DNA of 64,000 bases from Schmidtea polychroa (Eukaryota): positions 80,538,001 through 80,602,000 of the forward strand of contig CM097885.1 of assembly GCA_044892525.1 (NCBI GenBank), given 5' to 3'. The notes below the pieces were generated by a model. It worked only from the letters and a program-made list of their open reading frames with translations, was not told the DNA's origin and ran no database searches. How positions within the stretch are numbered: the first letter of the stretch is position 1; the number at the start of each line of letters is the position of its first letter. Position numbers and translations under genes: made by a program. Shown here in pieces: positions 1-10,670 of the stretch.

Positions 1-142
1 TTTTTAAAACCGCTTTTCAGTTAACTTTTTTGAACTTGCAAAATATTTTTTTAAATCGATTTTCCGTTGTATTTTTTTAAATTTTAAAAGAAATAAGTAA
101 TCGGTATCGGACTAAAACAACGATGGAATTACATGTTTTACG

Positions 143-150
<8 letters not shown>

Positions 151-182
<32 letters not shown>
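151..182. repeat. (TA)n microsatellite
   Basis: Pure TA run. Confidence 0.95.
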
Positions 183-184
<2 letters not shown>

Positions 185-268
185 AATTCATACATATGTA
201 TATATCAATATAAAGATAGAAAGTTTATAAAATATTTAATTTACTTGATAAAAAAAGCAGAACTATTT

Positions 269-333
269 GGCGCCCGCTTGTAAATCGGCGCCCTAGGCTG
301 CTGCCGACGTCGCCTATGCCTAAAACCGGGCCT
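269..333 (-). mobile_element. terminus of a hAT-like non-autonomous element
   Basis: GC-rich island. The reverse complement begins CAGGCCGGTTTTAGGCATAGGCGAC, resembling CAGG(G)CCGG-type hAT ends. It abuts and truncates the following transposase. Confidence 0.4.
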
Positions 334-335
334 GG

Positions 336-1492
336 GACCAGAGATAGGTTTTGTTAATTTATTTCAAAACCTAGTTGGTCATCCAATAATAGGCTTTCAT
401 TGCATTATTCATCAGCAAGTTCTTTGTGCTAAATTCGGAACTAGCGATTTCAAAGAAATATCAGAACAAGTTAATAAAATAATAAATTTTGTAGTTGCAC
501 GCGACATGCATAAAAGACAATTTAAAAAACTTTTAAATGATATGGATTGCGAATACGATACTCTCTTAATGTGCAATAGTGTACGTTGGCTAAGTCGAGC
601 GACATCCTTAGAACGATTTGTGAATTGCTTGGAAGAAATTCGACTTTTTTTACACGAATTCGACAGTGATCGTTTTAAAGAATTATATGATACAGAATGG
701 TTAACAAAATTAATGTTTTTTACCGACGTAACATTACATTTAAACGTTCTTAATAAAAAATTGCAAGGACGAGGAAAAACAATTGAAGTTATGTTTGGAT
801 TGATAAAGGGGTTTGAAATTAAATTAGATATTTTTGCTAGAGATATCGCATCTGGAAAACATAATAATTTTCCGAAACTTAAAAGTTTTTTAAATGAATC
901 TACAATTTTCAAAAAAACTAATTGGAATTTTAATTACGAATTTTCTAAAGTTCTTGAAACTATAAAAGAACAATTTTCAAATCGATTTAAAGATTTTAAA
1001 AGAATTGATAGGCTGTTAAAAATTGTAAATTATCCGGACTTATTCGATATACAGGATTTCGATAACAACCTTATTAATTGGATGAAATTAGAAAATTTAG
1101 AAATGCAGACAGTAGATTTGCAATCTAATCCTATTTGGACACAAAAATTTGTGAATATGCGAAAAAATATAGAAGAATTGGAATATCATCGATTGTCACA
1201 GGATGGAGAGTCGGAATGCCGCATTGAAAACTTGATATTGGAAGTGTGGAATAGTATGCCAGAAGCATTTGCTTCTGTAAAAAAATTAGCAATCGCAATG
1301 TTAACCATTTTCGCATCCACTTATTACTGTGAGAGTCTTTTTTCTGTACTTAATCATGTACTATCAAAGACAAGAAACAGATTAACAGAAGAAGACTCAG
1401 CAGCTTGTATTACCTTACAATCGACAACATACCATCCTGATATTAAAAACCTTGCAAGTAATATGAAGCAAAAAACTTCTAACAAAATTTAA
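336..1492 (+). pseudogene. 5'-truncated hAT transposase (Buster/Charlie, GTF2IRD2-like), catalytic C-terminal half plus dimerisation domain
   Basis: Frame is open from ~336: FHCIIHQQVLC (CxxH), VRWLSR, WLTKLMFFTDVTLHLNVLNKKLQG, FASTYYCESLFS, RNRLT. The element ends TTTGCCATCCCTG at 1749 (CAGGGATGG-type TIR). Confidence 0.9.
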
Positions 1493-2072
1493 GAATTTTT
1501 TATTAAATTTATTATTAAACTTTATAATTTTTTTTACTATTTCTTTATATTGAATAAATATTATCACATGAACTCAAATATTGAAATTTATTTCTGTTTT
1601 CTTGTGAATAAAAAAATGAATAAAAAAATGAATAAAAAATGTATATATAGGTACATATAACAAATAAAAGTTACGAGGGCACGCGAAAAAAATTGAATTT
1701 AAATTTAGTTTATTTTGGCACTTTGATAAAAACCTATTTGCCATCCCTGATATAGCTTTATTTTATTTAAGTTATATCGTTTTCATCACTGCCGCTCTTC
1801 TACTTTATTTTTTTAAGTTTATTATATCCATTCAGTTTGTGTAAATCCACTTAAATTTGTGTAAGTTTACTTAATTTTGTGTAAGATTCTAGTTATATTA
1901 CTTAATTTTCTGTAAATCTACTTAATTTTGTGTAAACTTACTTAATTTTGCGTAAAAATATAATTAAATCTTTTCTTTTATTTGATTTGATTTAAGTTAA
2001 TGTAATAAAATAAGTTTGACTTTTCTAAATTTCTTTTTATTTTATTTTAGATTCAAATAAATTAACCCCATA

Positions 2073-2690
2073 ATGAGTGAAAAAAAGCAAATTATATTTT
2101 TCATTTCTTTAGTAGTGCAAAAGGTAATGAGAACGATAATAATAACGTTAATAATACAGAACCTAACCGTGAAATTATCAATAAATCAGCAATTCCACAG
2201 TCTTCATCAGGCATCATAAGGAAACACGTTGGATAGGAAGGTGAAAAGAAAAAACACAATTTATCAAGAAAATATCATTCCCACTACTTAAAATTTGGAT
2301 TCGTTGAAAAACCTGGCAGTGAGCTGGATCCACGGCCTCTCTGTGTTGTATGTTCTGAAAACCTATCTAACGATGCATTAAAACCTTCAAAACTAGAAAG
2401 ACACTTGAATTCAAAACACCCGGATTTAGCAGAAAAACCGCTAGAATATTTTAAAAGAATGCATGAAAATATGCAAAAGCAAGTATTTGCTTTAAGAAAA
2501 ATGATCACTAAAGGCTTCCTATCTCATAGCAAATCAGATCGCGAAATGCAAAAAGCCGTTCACGATTGGAGAAGAATTAATTAAGCCATGCATATTAAAA
2601 GCCTGTGAACAGATTTTAGGAATGCAGGCTATTCATAAATTGAAAGCAATTCCTATGTATAATAATACTATCAAGCGCAGAATCGAAGAT
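2073..2690 (+). pseudogene. N-terminal fragment of a Buster-type (ZBED5/SCAND3-like) hAT transposase
   Basis: RKYHSHYLKFGF...PLCVVCSENLSNDALKPSKLERHLNSKHPDLAEKPLEYF, then after a frameshift ASYLIANQIAKCKKPFTIGEELIKPC...NNTIKRRIED. Truncated at 2690. Confidence 0.88.
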
Positions 2691-2758
2691 TCATCTCCTC
2701 GATGATGTAACGGGAATACATTGGTCCCGTCCTTTATTGGATATTCACGCACCCTTCC

Positions 2759-3064
2759 TTAAATCTCGGTCTCACAGTAGATTTTATGTAAAGCTTCAGA
2801 CTGAGCTTTTATTGTTAATCGTTGGCATTGGCTTTCTTCTAGGAGGCTGTTTCGACAGTGCTCCAACCGTAATACCTTAGTCTTCTCCTTTATCTGGGAA
2901 GAGGAGAACCATGTACATTCATAATGTTCGATTCGTTTTCTCAATTGTCCCACATGTTCCTTTAATTTTCGGATGTCTTCATTCTTATCCGCGCAGGATA
3001 AACACGGGGGAAGGCCCTTTGGTGGTAGGCTGGGTTCGCACATTCTAGAAATGAATCGTCGCAT
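2759..3064 (-). CDS. unknown CxxC/coiled-coil 'TWFS' family protein, copy A (101 aa, probably C-terminally truncated)
   Basis: About half the residues are identical by hand alignment to 38904-39470 (PCxSCADKN, TWFS, EHCR, QSEALHK). Followed on the minus strand by AATAAA and a GTTACA end at 2706. Confidence 0.6.
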   Translation of the reverse strand: MRRFISRMCEPSLPPKGLPPCLSCADKNEDIRKLKEHVGQLRKRIEHYECTWFSSSQIKEKTKVLRLEHCRNSLLEESQCQRLTIKAQSEALHKIYCETEI

Positions 3065-3869
3065 CGCCGTAGATAAAACTGATCGCTGACCGCTCGGTGA
3101 ATTTCAACCTTATGGCTTTCCCCTTCCTCATACCGCATTTTTTAATTAAAAAAATTCATAATCATCATTGTTATTTTACTTGGTTTTCGATAAGGGTGAA
3201 ATTTAATCAGCAGCAATATCCACATAAGTCCTCCCTTTCAATCTACATTATTTGTTAGTTATTTTATTGGAAAAATCAGCTTTAACTTTGTATTAATTTC
3301 CTTATTAAGAGAAATAATTAGACCTAAATGGGAACAATTAAAAATAGATTCTACATGTGTGACTTAAATTTAAATATTTCAGTCGCAGAGTTATTATTCA
3401 CAGACAATTTTTATTGTTTATGCCAAGTGTTTTATTTTTGTCGGTTTGTCGTGGGTTGTCGATCGATTCATCTCAGTGCTTTATCTCTCGGTGTCGTGTA
3501 ATTATTTACGCTTTTCCAGTGGATTCACCTAATTCCAATTTATCGTTAATATTTACGTTGACGCATGATTACTTATAAACAAATCTGATGGATTTAGTCG
3601 AATCGAACGATCGTTGGCCTAAATTTATTTATCTTATCTTCCACTTTTGTTTAGAGAAAATCTAAATCACGCCGTGCGATAGAATACTACTAGCCGTATG
3701 TTTACCGAGTGAAGTTTAATCGTATTCGTTTACGAATGAAGCGTTGGCGATGATTCGCGCATTCAGAGATTCTATTACCGATCATGAGATAACTGCTGTT
3801 CCTAATCGACATCGAATCTTGACTATTACGGTAATCGTATTGTTACTAAACGTTGGAGTATTTCGATCT

Positions 3870-4906
3870 TAAATTATGCAGATTTTCCGGGTCGAATGGA
3901 AGATACTTGTCTGATCAAAGAAGTGAAGATGGAGAATTTACCGTAAATCAGTGGATACGAACTCTAAAAGCTACCTCGATAATACTCTCTCGAACGGAAC
4001 TTTCCTCGTTCAATTTGGAATTTTTCTATTAGAAAAGTCTGGAATCATATGAGATTTGACGATTTTTAGAGTTGCGGATTTCTCGCGAAAAAGACATCTA
4101 TTACTGCTCGATGAAAACACTTGTCATTGCACTCAATGGATGTTATATAGATAAGGCTTCTCCAATTACCAGGACCACCTAGACACCACCGGTATCGCTA
4201 CCGACCGTCTCTAGACCGTCCCGATAGACAGAGTTCACCACATTTATGCTATCAATAATAATAAAATGTTATGAAAAATGAATATTGTTACAAAAATAAA
4301 TATTGTGATAAATCGTCTACTTTTAATGACTGAAAAATAAATATAATTAATTTACCTGGTGACGATGTCCTTTGGAATCCGAGTATGATGTCACAAATGA
4401 TGTTCTCCGCCGTTTCCTGTGGCTACCCTGAGCGTGTGATTCTTATCATCTCCTTCAACTGCATAAATCTGGCAATTTGGAGTCATGGCATAATCGAAAT
4501 TCATATCATAGTGGTAAAATCTAATATATGCAGAGTTCATCATACCCGGGGTTTCCAGACAGCTTCGTCGCCGGTTCCATAAAGGAGAAAGGCAGGTTGT
4601 TCATTTAAATAATATTTTGATTATAACATTAGCGTTAGGGATGAAGTAAATTCGGGGGGAAAAATTAAATGTCATAAGTGTGGAAAATTTCGTCATATTA
4701 TGCGTTCATGTCCACAAAATCAGTTAACAAATAACAATGGTATTAGTAACAATGATAATAATCGATCGAAGCAGACAACGTTTGCAGTGAATTCAGATCT
4801 TAAATTAACGTATTTGCAGAAACTTGAATTAGAAATTCAAGAAGAGAGAAACAGGCTAACAACAAATGAAACTGATTGGTACGTCAAGATGGAGCTGTTT
4901 ATATGA
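3870..4906 (+). pseudogene. decayed retroelement gag-like region with CCHC zinc knuckle
   Basis: CHKCGKFRHIMRSC (CX2CX4HX4C) at 4670-4711, followed by an Asn-rich tract. The upstream FSGSNG...TVNQWIRTLK segment is a weak capsid-like hint. Confidence 0.6.
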
Positions 4907-4949
4907 TGTCAGCCAAAAAGAGGCGAAAATAAAATAATTATGTAGAACT

Positions 4950-6372
4950 TGAAGTGTTGATGCTTCAAGAAAGTCCACAGGAGGACAAAGAGGAAAAGAC
5001 TATGGTCATAGAACCAGAAGTCTGTAAGGGTTTACAGGTTTCACCCAAGAAAATTCTAGTGGCTATGGTCATGGAGCCAGAAGCCAACTGAGAAATTTTT
5101 ACCGGTTTCACCAGTTAAAAATCGAAAGGCTATGGACATGGATCCAGTAGCTAATGTAATTGCTCCAACAGAGGTTTTGGAAAAAAGATCCCATCGATGA
5201 CTGTAGAAAGCTATTATTACGCAAGTGCGTATGACAAAAAGAAGTGAGACAGAAATTAGAAAATATTCGTTTAAACCCAGTTAATGAGAATGAGGTTGAC
5301 AAAGTAATAGATATCATATCAGATTTAGACAGAAATGAGGAATATCATCCAGAATTGAGAGAAATTCTGAGAAATATTGGCTTTAATTTGAAACAAAGTG
5401 AGAATCTGGCGGATTCTACAATTTTTGTATCTCTCCCAAATGATTGTTTTTGTAGATATACAATTAACCCAAGCGAAAAGTGGAAGCATTGGCAAAGAAA
5501 GTTTCTGAGTTAAAACCTTGATTGAGATGCAAATTTTACTTATTGGGAGAAAGATTATTAGAGGAAGAAACCCTGTCAGATTGTTGTATACTACCAGGGA
5601 AACATATGATTATAAAAGCAAAGTTTCACAATCAGCCGTATATCAGCCGTATCACATAGATTGGGAATCGAGCTGATGAAAAACCAAAGAGATGGGGAAG
5701 CCATTAAGATGATAATGGATTGGATACTGGAGTTAGAGATAATGCCATTGGTGGTGCCTTTATTAAAAGAGATCACAATTTCAGACACAAGCACAGATGC
5801 TGCTGATTAACAATGGACATGCTATCAGGCATTTGGAAGGTAGACAAGGTCCAGTGATGTTAGATATATGGATACCCAGGAGAGGACACCTGATACAACA
5901 ATTCTCATGTTATCATAAAGTAAAGAAACTGAGAAAAAGATTATCATAAATAGTAAAAGAATCATTCATAATAATGATACATGGTTGTCAGGTGGATGAC
6001 TACGAATTTCTAGTAGAAGTTGGATGTTTCCCCAATGAGGAAACAGTTGTATTAATATTACTGGTAGACTTTCCAGAGGATCAATGTGCAACCTTGAGAT
6101 TGCCAGATAATGATGAAATGGAAGATGAAATTGTGGATCCCGAGCAAAATTAAGTAGATGCGGATACTCATCAGGAACCCGTAACTACAGCAGATTTAGA
6201 TGAAGAGATAGATAAATATCTAAAGAAATTCGATAACACTGAAGACGAATTAGTCGAAATATTTTCAGCAGAGGAAGTTGGAAACGTACAATTAAATCGA
6301 GATGAAACAAACATCGGAGCTAGTACTTCGTAAAAAAGGAGAGAAGGGGAAGACCGAGAAAAAGTCAAATGA
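4950..6372 (+). pseudogene. decayed unknown ORF(s) between the gag-like knuckle and the glycoprotein gene
   Basis: Coding-like, purine-rich sequence with long frames broken by stops. Acidic C-terminus (DNDEMEDE...DLDEEIDKYLKKFDNTEDELVE) ends in a basic tract. Its TGA overlaps the next ATG (AAATGA at 6367-6372). No DSG/DTG, YxDD or integrase motif seen. Confidence 0.45.
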
Positions 6373-8452
6373 ACCCACCTCTAAGAGAACTTCTAAAACC
6401 AGTTACAATACAAAATGTAACTAAGCAGGCCCTAGCAGGGATAGCTAGCCAAATCGATAAAAACGTTGGAGACGCTAGTGATAAAACTGAAACATGGAAA
6501 AGATTGAATCAAATATTACGACTGATTAAGCCCGAATGGCAAATCAACAAAGATAAAAATATTAATGTTTAGAAAATTGCAGAAAAGTCAAGAAAGAGAT
6601 GGAAAAGATTCCAGGAAGTACCAAGAAACAAGAGATGTTCGAAGTAGCAGGACAGTTCATAGATGAAGGCATGATGAAAGGGGAAATGATAACGATTTTA
6701 GCCCTAATGTTTAGAAATGCCTTGATTATAAGTAAAGATTATTCATCGAGGATCCCAGCAGCAATAGACAGGTTAACTGATATCATCGAAGTGAATTTTT
6801 GAATATGGATGGCTGAACACAAGTTTTGGGAGATAAAAGAGACGAAAGGAAAATATGAGTTAAATGAAGAATTGTTAACAGATAATATTTCAAGTAATCC
6901 ACGGGGAACAAGTGGATTTACTAGTTGGATGATGATGCTTTTGGTAGAGATGGGAATATTGCGACAGATAAATTCCTTAACGGCATATGATTGTAGTGAA
7001 CCAATACTATCGTGAATCTACTCATTAGTAGACACATTGGAATGCAAGGAAGCTAAAGTTGCGAAAAAGGAAGATGTGGAATATCATGTTTATCAGCAAA
7101 CAGAGTTTTACAGAACCAGAGTCAGGGAATGTCGAATACAGAGAGTGACGTTTGAATATTACTGTGGATCAAATAGTTATTCAGCATTTTTAGGAGCTAA
7201 ACTCATTCCTATATCTTTAATAATCCCACCAGAGGGTTGTGTAAATGCTTTTCGGTCAAAAACAGTTAAAATAGATGATGAGGTAACAATTACCGCGGAG
7301 GAAGGGAAAAAGTAGGGTATAACTATTACCCGGGGAGGACCGATAGCAGATGATAGTTCTTGTCATGGCAGAAAGGAAGTAAGAGGTTCTAATGTGGTAA
7401 GCTATGTAGTAACAGTTAAGGATTACACAGTAGAGCTGATCGAATACGAGGGGACTTTTGAAGTATCTATGCGAAAAATGATGTCCCATCCGGAATGCAA
7501 CGTGAAATTTGGTTATTGTAAAACTAGTCTAGCAGTACTAACGTACCAATCAATGAGAGACTTTTGTGATTTAGGATACCTGAAAAAGGTATTATTTTCA
7601 AGGTTAGATAGAAAACGTTTTACGTCTCAAGATGCACAACAAAGTGGTTGGGGAGACAAGATGGTTCACAAAACGAAAAAGAAAGAATTGCCGGAGAAAA
7701 GCACAGCAGTAGTATTAGTCTCAAGGAACCCAACAGATGCAATTCGCTTAGTCTGAAAGAAATAGACAACAAAATGTGGTGTACCAATATTCGAAACCAA
7801 TTATAAGGGAATATATTTAGCATACAAATATGTTCCAGCAGCAAAATCACTACATCTATCAGATATTAAGATAGCCAAGTATATCAATAATAAGATTGAT
7901 TTTTTTGTATCATGATTTACAGAAACAATTGTTAGATGTGTATCAGGAAGTGATCCTGAACGACTGTCGTTTAAACCGAGAAATAATACGAAATAGATTA
8001 GCAATATCTATAGTTAATCCTGATTTAATAATGCCAATGTTGACAGGAACATTTGGTAGAATCTTGGGCGAAGCAATCTATAGCTACCAATGTAAATCAA
8101 TAAAGGTAGAAATTACCAAATACGATCGATATACATTAGAGCTTCCTGTGAAATATAAAAGAAAATTGAGATTCATGATACCAGTATCACATCAGTTATT
8201 AAAGGAAGATGCCTCACCGTTGACAACAATTTGCAATCCAGCAATGTTACCATTATACAAAATTAACAATATTTGGATTTCGTTGCCAGACAGAAAGCCA
8301 CCTTCAAAACCATTTGAAGTGCTTCAAGCTACAAAATTAGAAACTAAAATGGAGTTTCAACTATTAAATGAGATGTCAAAAGGGGAGTATATACTCCGGA
8401 AGATATTGAAGAAGCTCGGAGAGCAATTGTATTTCCCCAAATTAGAGATTGA
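6369..8452 (+). pseudogene. chuvirus-like (class III, gB-like) envelope glycoprotein G1 with long N-terminal leader, C-terminally truncated
   Basis: Hydrophobic WMMMLLVEMGIL precedes AYDC (6983-6994). Then VYQQTEF..VREC..YYCG..S, C-x-GYC, YINNKIDFLY, DCRLNREIIRNRL, GRILGEAIYSYQC, ELPV, CNPAMLPLY and GVYTPEDIEEARRAIVF. Four in-frame stops, frameshifts in a T run (~7900) and a G run (~8382). No TM anchor retained. Confidence 0.82.
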
Positions 8453-8523
8453 CAGAGATAATAACAAGAATCAAAATTATTACGTAATTGATAATTAAAA
8501 CAAAAATTTTAATTTATAAAAAG

Positions 8524-8610
8524 TAGGGGGGTATTTTAAAAATTTTAAAAAATTAGGGGGGGGGGGTCTTTTTAAAAAATATTTAAAAAAATAGGGGGGG
8601 GGGCGGGGGT
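8524..8610 (+). repeat. three A-tract/G-tract units (polypurine-tract-like) at the G1/G2 junction
   Basis: AAAAAGTAGGGGGG, AAAAAATTAG(11G) and AAAAAAATAG(10G)CGGGGG separated by ~20-25 nt AT spacers. Confidence 0.7.
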
Positions 8611-8639
8611 ATTTGGATCTGGAGTACACATAACTATCT

Positions 8640-10670
8640 ACTGTGGAACAAATAATTTATTTTGTTATTAAAATAATTTGTTAATTTTATATCCGTAATA
8701 TGTATTTTAACTTGAGCTTTCTCAACTCTTTTCTTGGACACAGATAAAAAGTCTCATACACTGTTTGTCCACACTTATCCACTAATCGCTTTCGTATAAA
8801 TTTCATACCATCGTCCAATAAAGTTGACATCAAGACTACTGGAGTTTTTATCTTTCTCAGTTGAGTTATTTTTACTGCTATATCCAATTTCGCTTCAACC
8901 TTTAGGGTTTCTGGTGTATTTCTCAACTGTTTGCCACCCATTTCGTTGAAACTCATTGTTTTTAAATGTACCAAATTACACAAATTGGTCTTTACTTCAT
9001 GTACCAAAAATTGATTCTCCAGTTTTACCAATGGTCTGTTTCATATTACAGAATGAATGAGTTTCTAATTTACCTGTGTCATCGTTAAAAGCTCCCTTAA
9101 ATTCTCTCAATTCTGTTGAATATTCCTCTATCAAAGCAACTTCATCAATAATTTGTTCATTCATTTTATATGATTTTCCTTGACAATCACCATTGGTTCT
9201 TATCGTCCATTTTTCGAAAATCGTTTCTCGTATTGCATGATTTAGTTTTACCTTCAATTTCACTTCGGGGCTTATTTTCAATTCTTCCTTTGAAACACAG
9301 CTATGCAATTTTCTGAATTTATGTCAACTGGCCTCGGGATTGCATACATCTTAATTAATGATGTGTGAATCCATTTGCCACAATAGAATATAAAACTTGT
9401 TATTTTTCACAATACACTCTCTCACCGTGACATGTATTGAGGTCTCACTATTTGAGATTCTCAACTTACTGGCTCTAATATAAATGATCGAATTAAGACT
9501 GATTACTAAAATTTATTCAAAAATAAAATTCACCCTTTAAAAATTACAACTCAATATGTTTTTTTCTGAAATTTTGATACTAAATTTATTTAAAACCTAT
9601 GCTGGTTATGTTTCTGTTGTATGTTTTGAAGTGCGTGTTATATTGTGAATGCAAAAAGATTCTGTTAGGCTTTTCTGAACTGTCCTATTTTGAAATCTCA
9701 TAAAGATTACCTTTCCAAGATTCAGGTGCTAGATTTAATTTTTGGGCGAATAAACTGATTTTGGTGATCGTTTATATACTAAATTTTTCTACATGTTTAA
9801 CACTTAATAAATATTTATTTTATTTTCTTTATACCTAATTGTCTAACGTTTATTTTATTAATTCTAGAATATTTATTTTATTTCTATAATTGCTAATTCC
9901 ACTGCTGTTTATTCTACCAATCAGATTGAAATTAATTTAGAAAATTATTTAATGCTTAAATTATTCTTATAATATTTTTTTAGATTATTATACTGGGAAA
10001 ATTATTTAATTCAAGAATGCTTAAATTATTCTGACATTATTTTTTATTTCTTTTAAATAATTTACTCGTTATTTTTATTTGTGTTCACATAATAAAAATT
10101 AAAAATATCTAACTACAATAAAATAAATTATACAGATGACATAAAAATTCAATAAAAATAAATCATGTTCCAATTAAAGTTCGATAAATTGTATATTCAA
10201 TTCCATAAAAATGAATAATGATAAAAATAAAGTTTCTAACACCAAAGATAAGGAAATAGATGAAAGTTGTTGTTCAATCATTGGCTCTTGTTTGGGGAAT
10301 TGGATTGTTGAGTTGTCGATCCGGATAGCAGAGAAGACTTCGACTATTTATTGAAGTTCCTCGGTGTAGACGTTAATTCTGTACTTGTCTGGCCCTGTTC
10401 TAGAATATTTTTCTAAGATGAATGTAGTGATGGATCTACCCTCATCATCTGACACATGTCTAAATCCTGACTCTTGGTATACTTAATACTTTACATCATT
10501 TTCCACTGTCAAACTCATTGGGTGTGTCTCCTGGCATTCTGTCATGTCTACCATGGAATAAATTTTTCCAATTTTTTTTGAGAACAATCATAGATGATCA
10601 GACACGCGTTTGAGTTGTGATTGCACATAATATTATAACAAAAAACATTATAAATGGAAGTTTCATGGGT
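8640..10670 (-). pseudogene. second divergent chuvirus-like glycoprotein G2, interrupted by an insertion at 9435-10454
   Basis: Signal-like MKLPFIMFFVIILCAIT, then IYDC..IYSMVDMTEC..DVKY*VYQESGFRH|VTVREC..FYCG..IPRPVDINSENC, NGDCQG, PVVLMST..DKCGQTVYET and IHITDIKLTNYFNNKINYLFH. These blocks are collinear with G1. Multiple frameshifts. Confidence 0.8.
9435..10454 (+). mobile_element. solo-LTR-like insertion (1020 bp) with 4-bp TSD CATG
   Basis: CATG at 9431-9434 and 10455-10458. Ends are TATTGAGGTCT...TCTGACA, and the start matches the TGTTGAGGTCT LTR terminus at 59687. Removing it restores the G2 frame CAT GTC ACG GTG AGA GAG TGT (HVTVREC). Confidence 0.75.

Noticed and set aside
412-912. 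166-aa minus ORF and other antisense ORFs (42475-42795, 43622-43939, 38675-38989)
   Set aside because: Shadow frames opposite recognisable transposase or family ORFs.
5800-5880. KH-domain-like LINNGHAIRHLEGRQG
   Set aside because: No GxxG motif; the similarity is too short.
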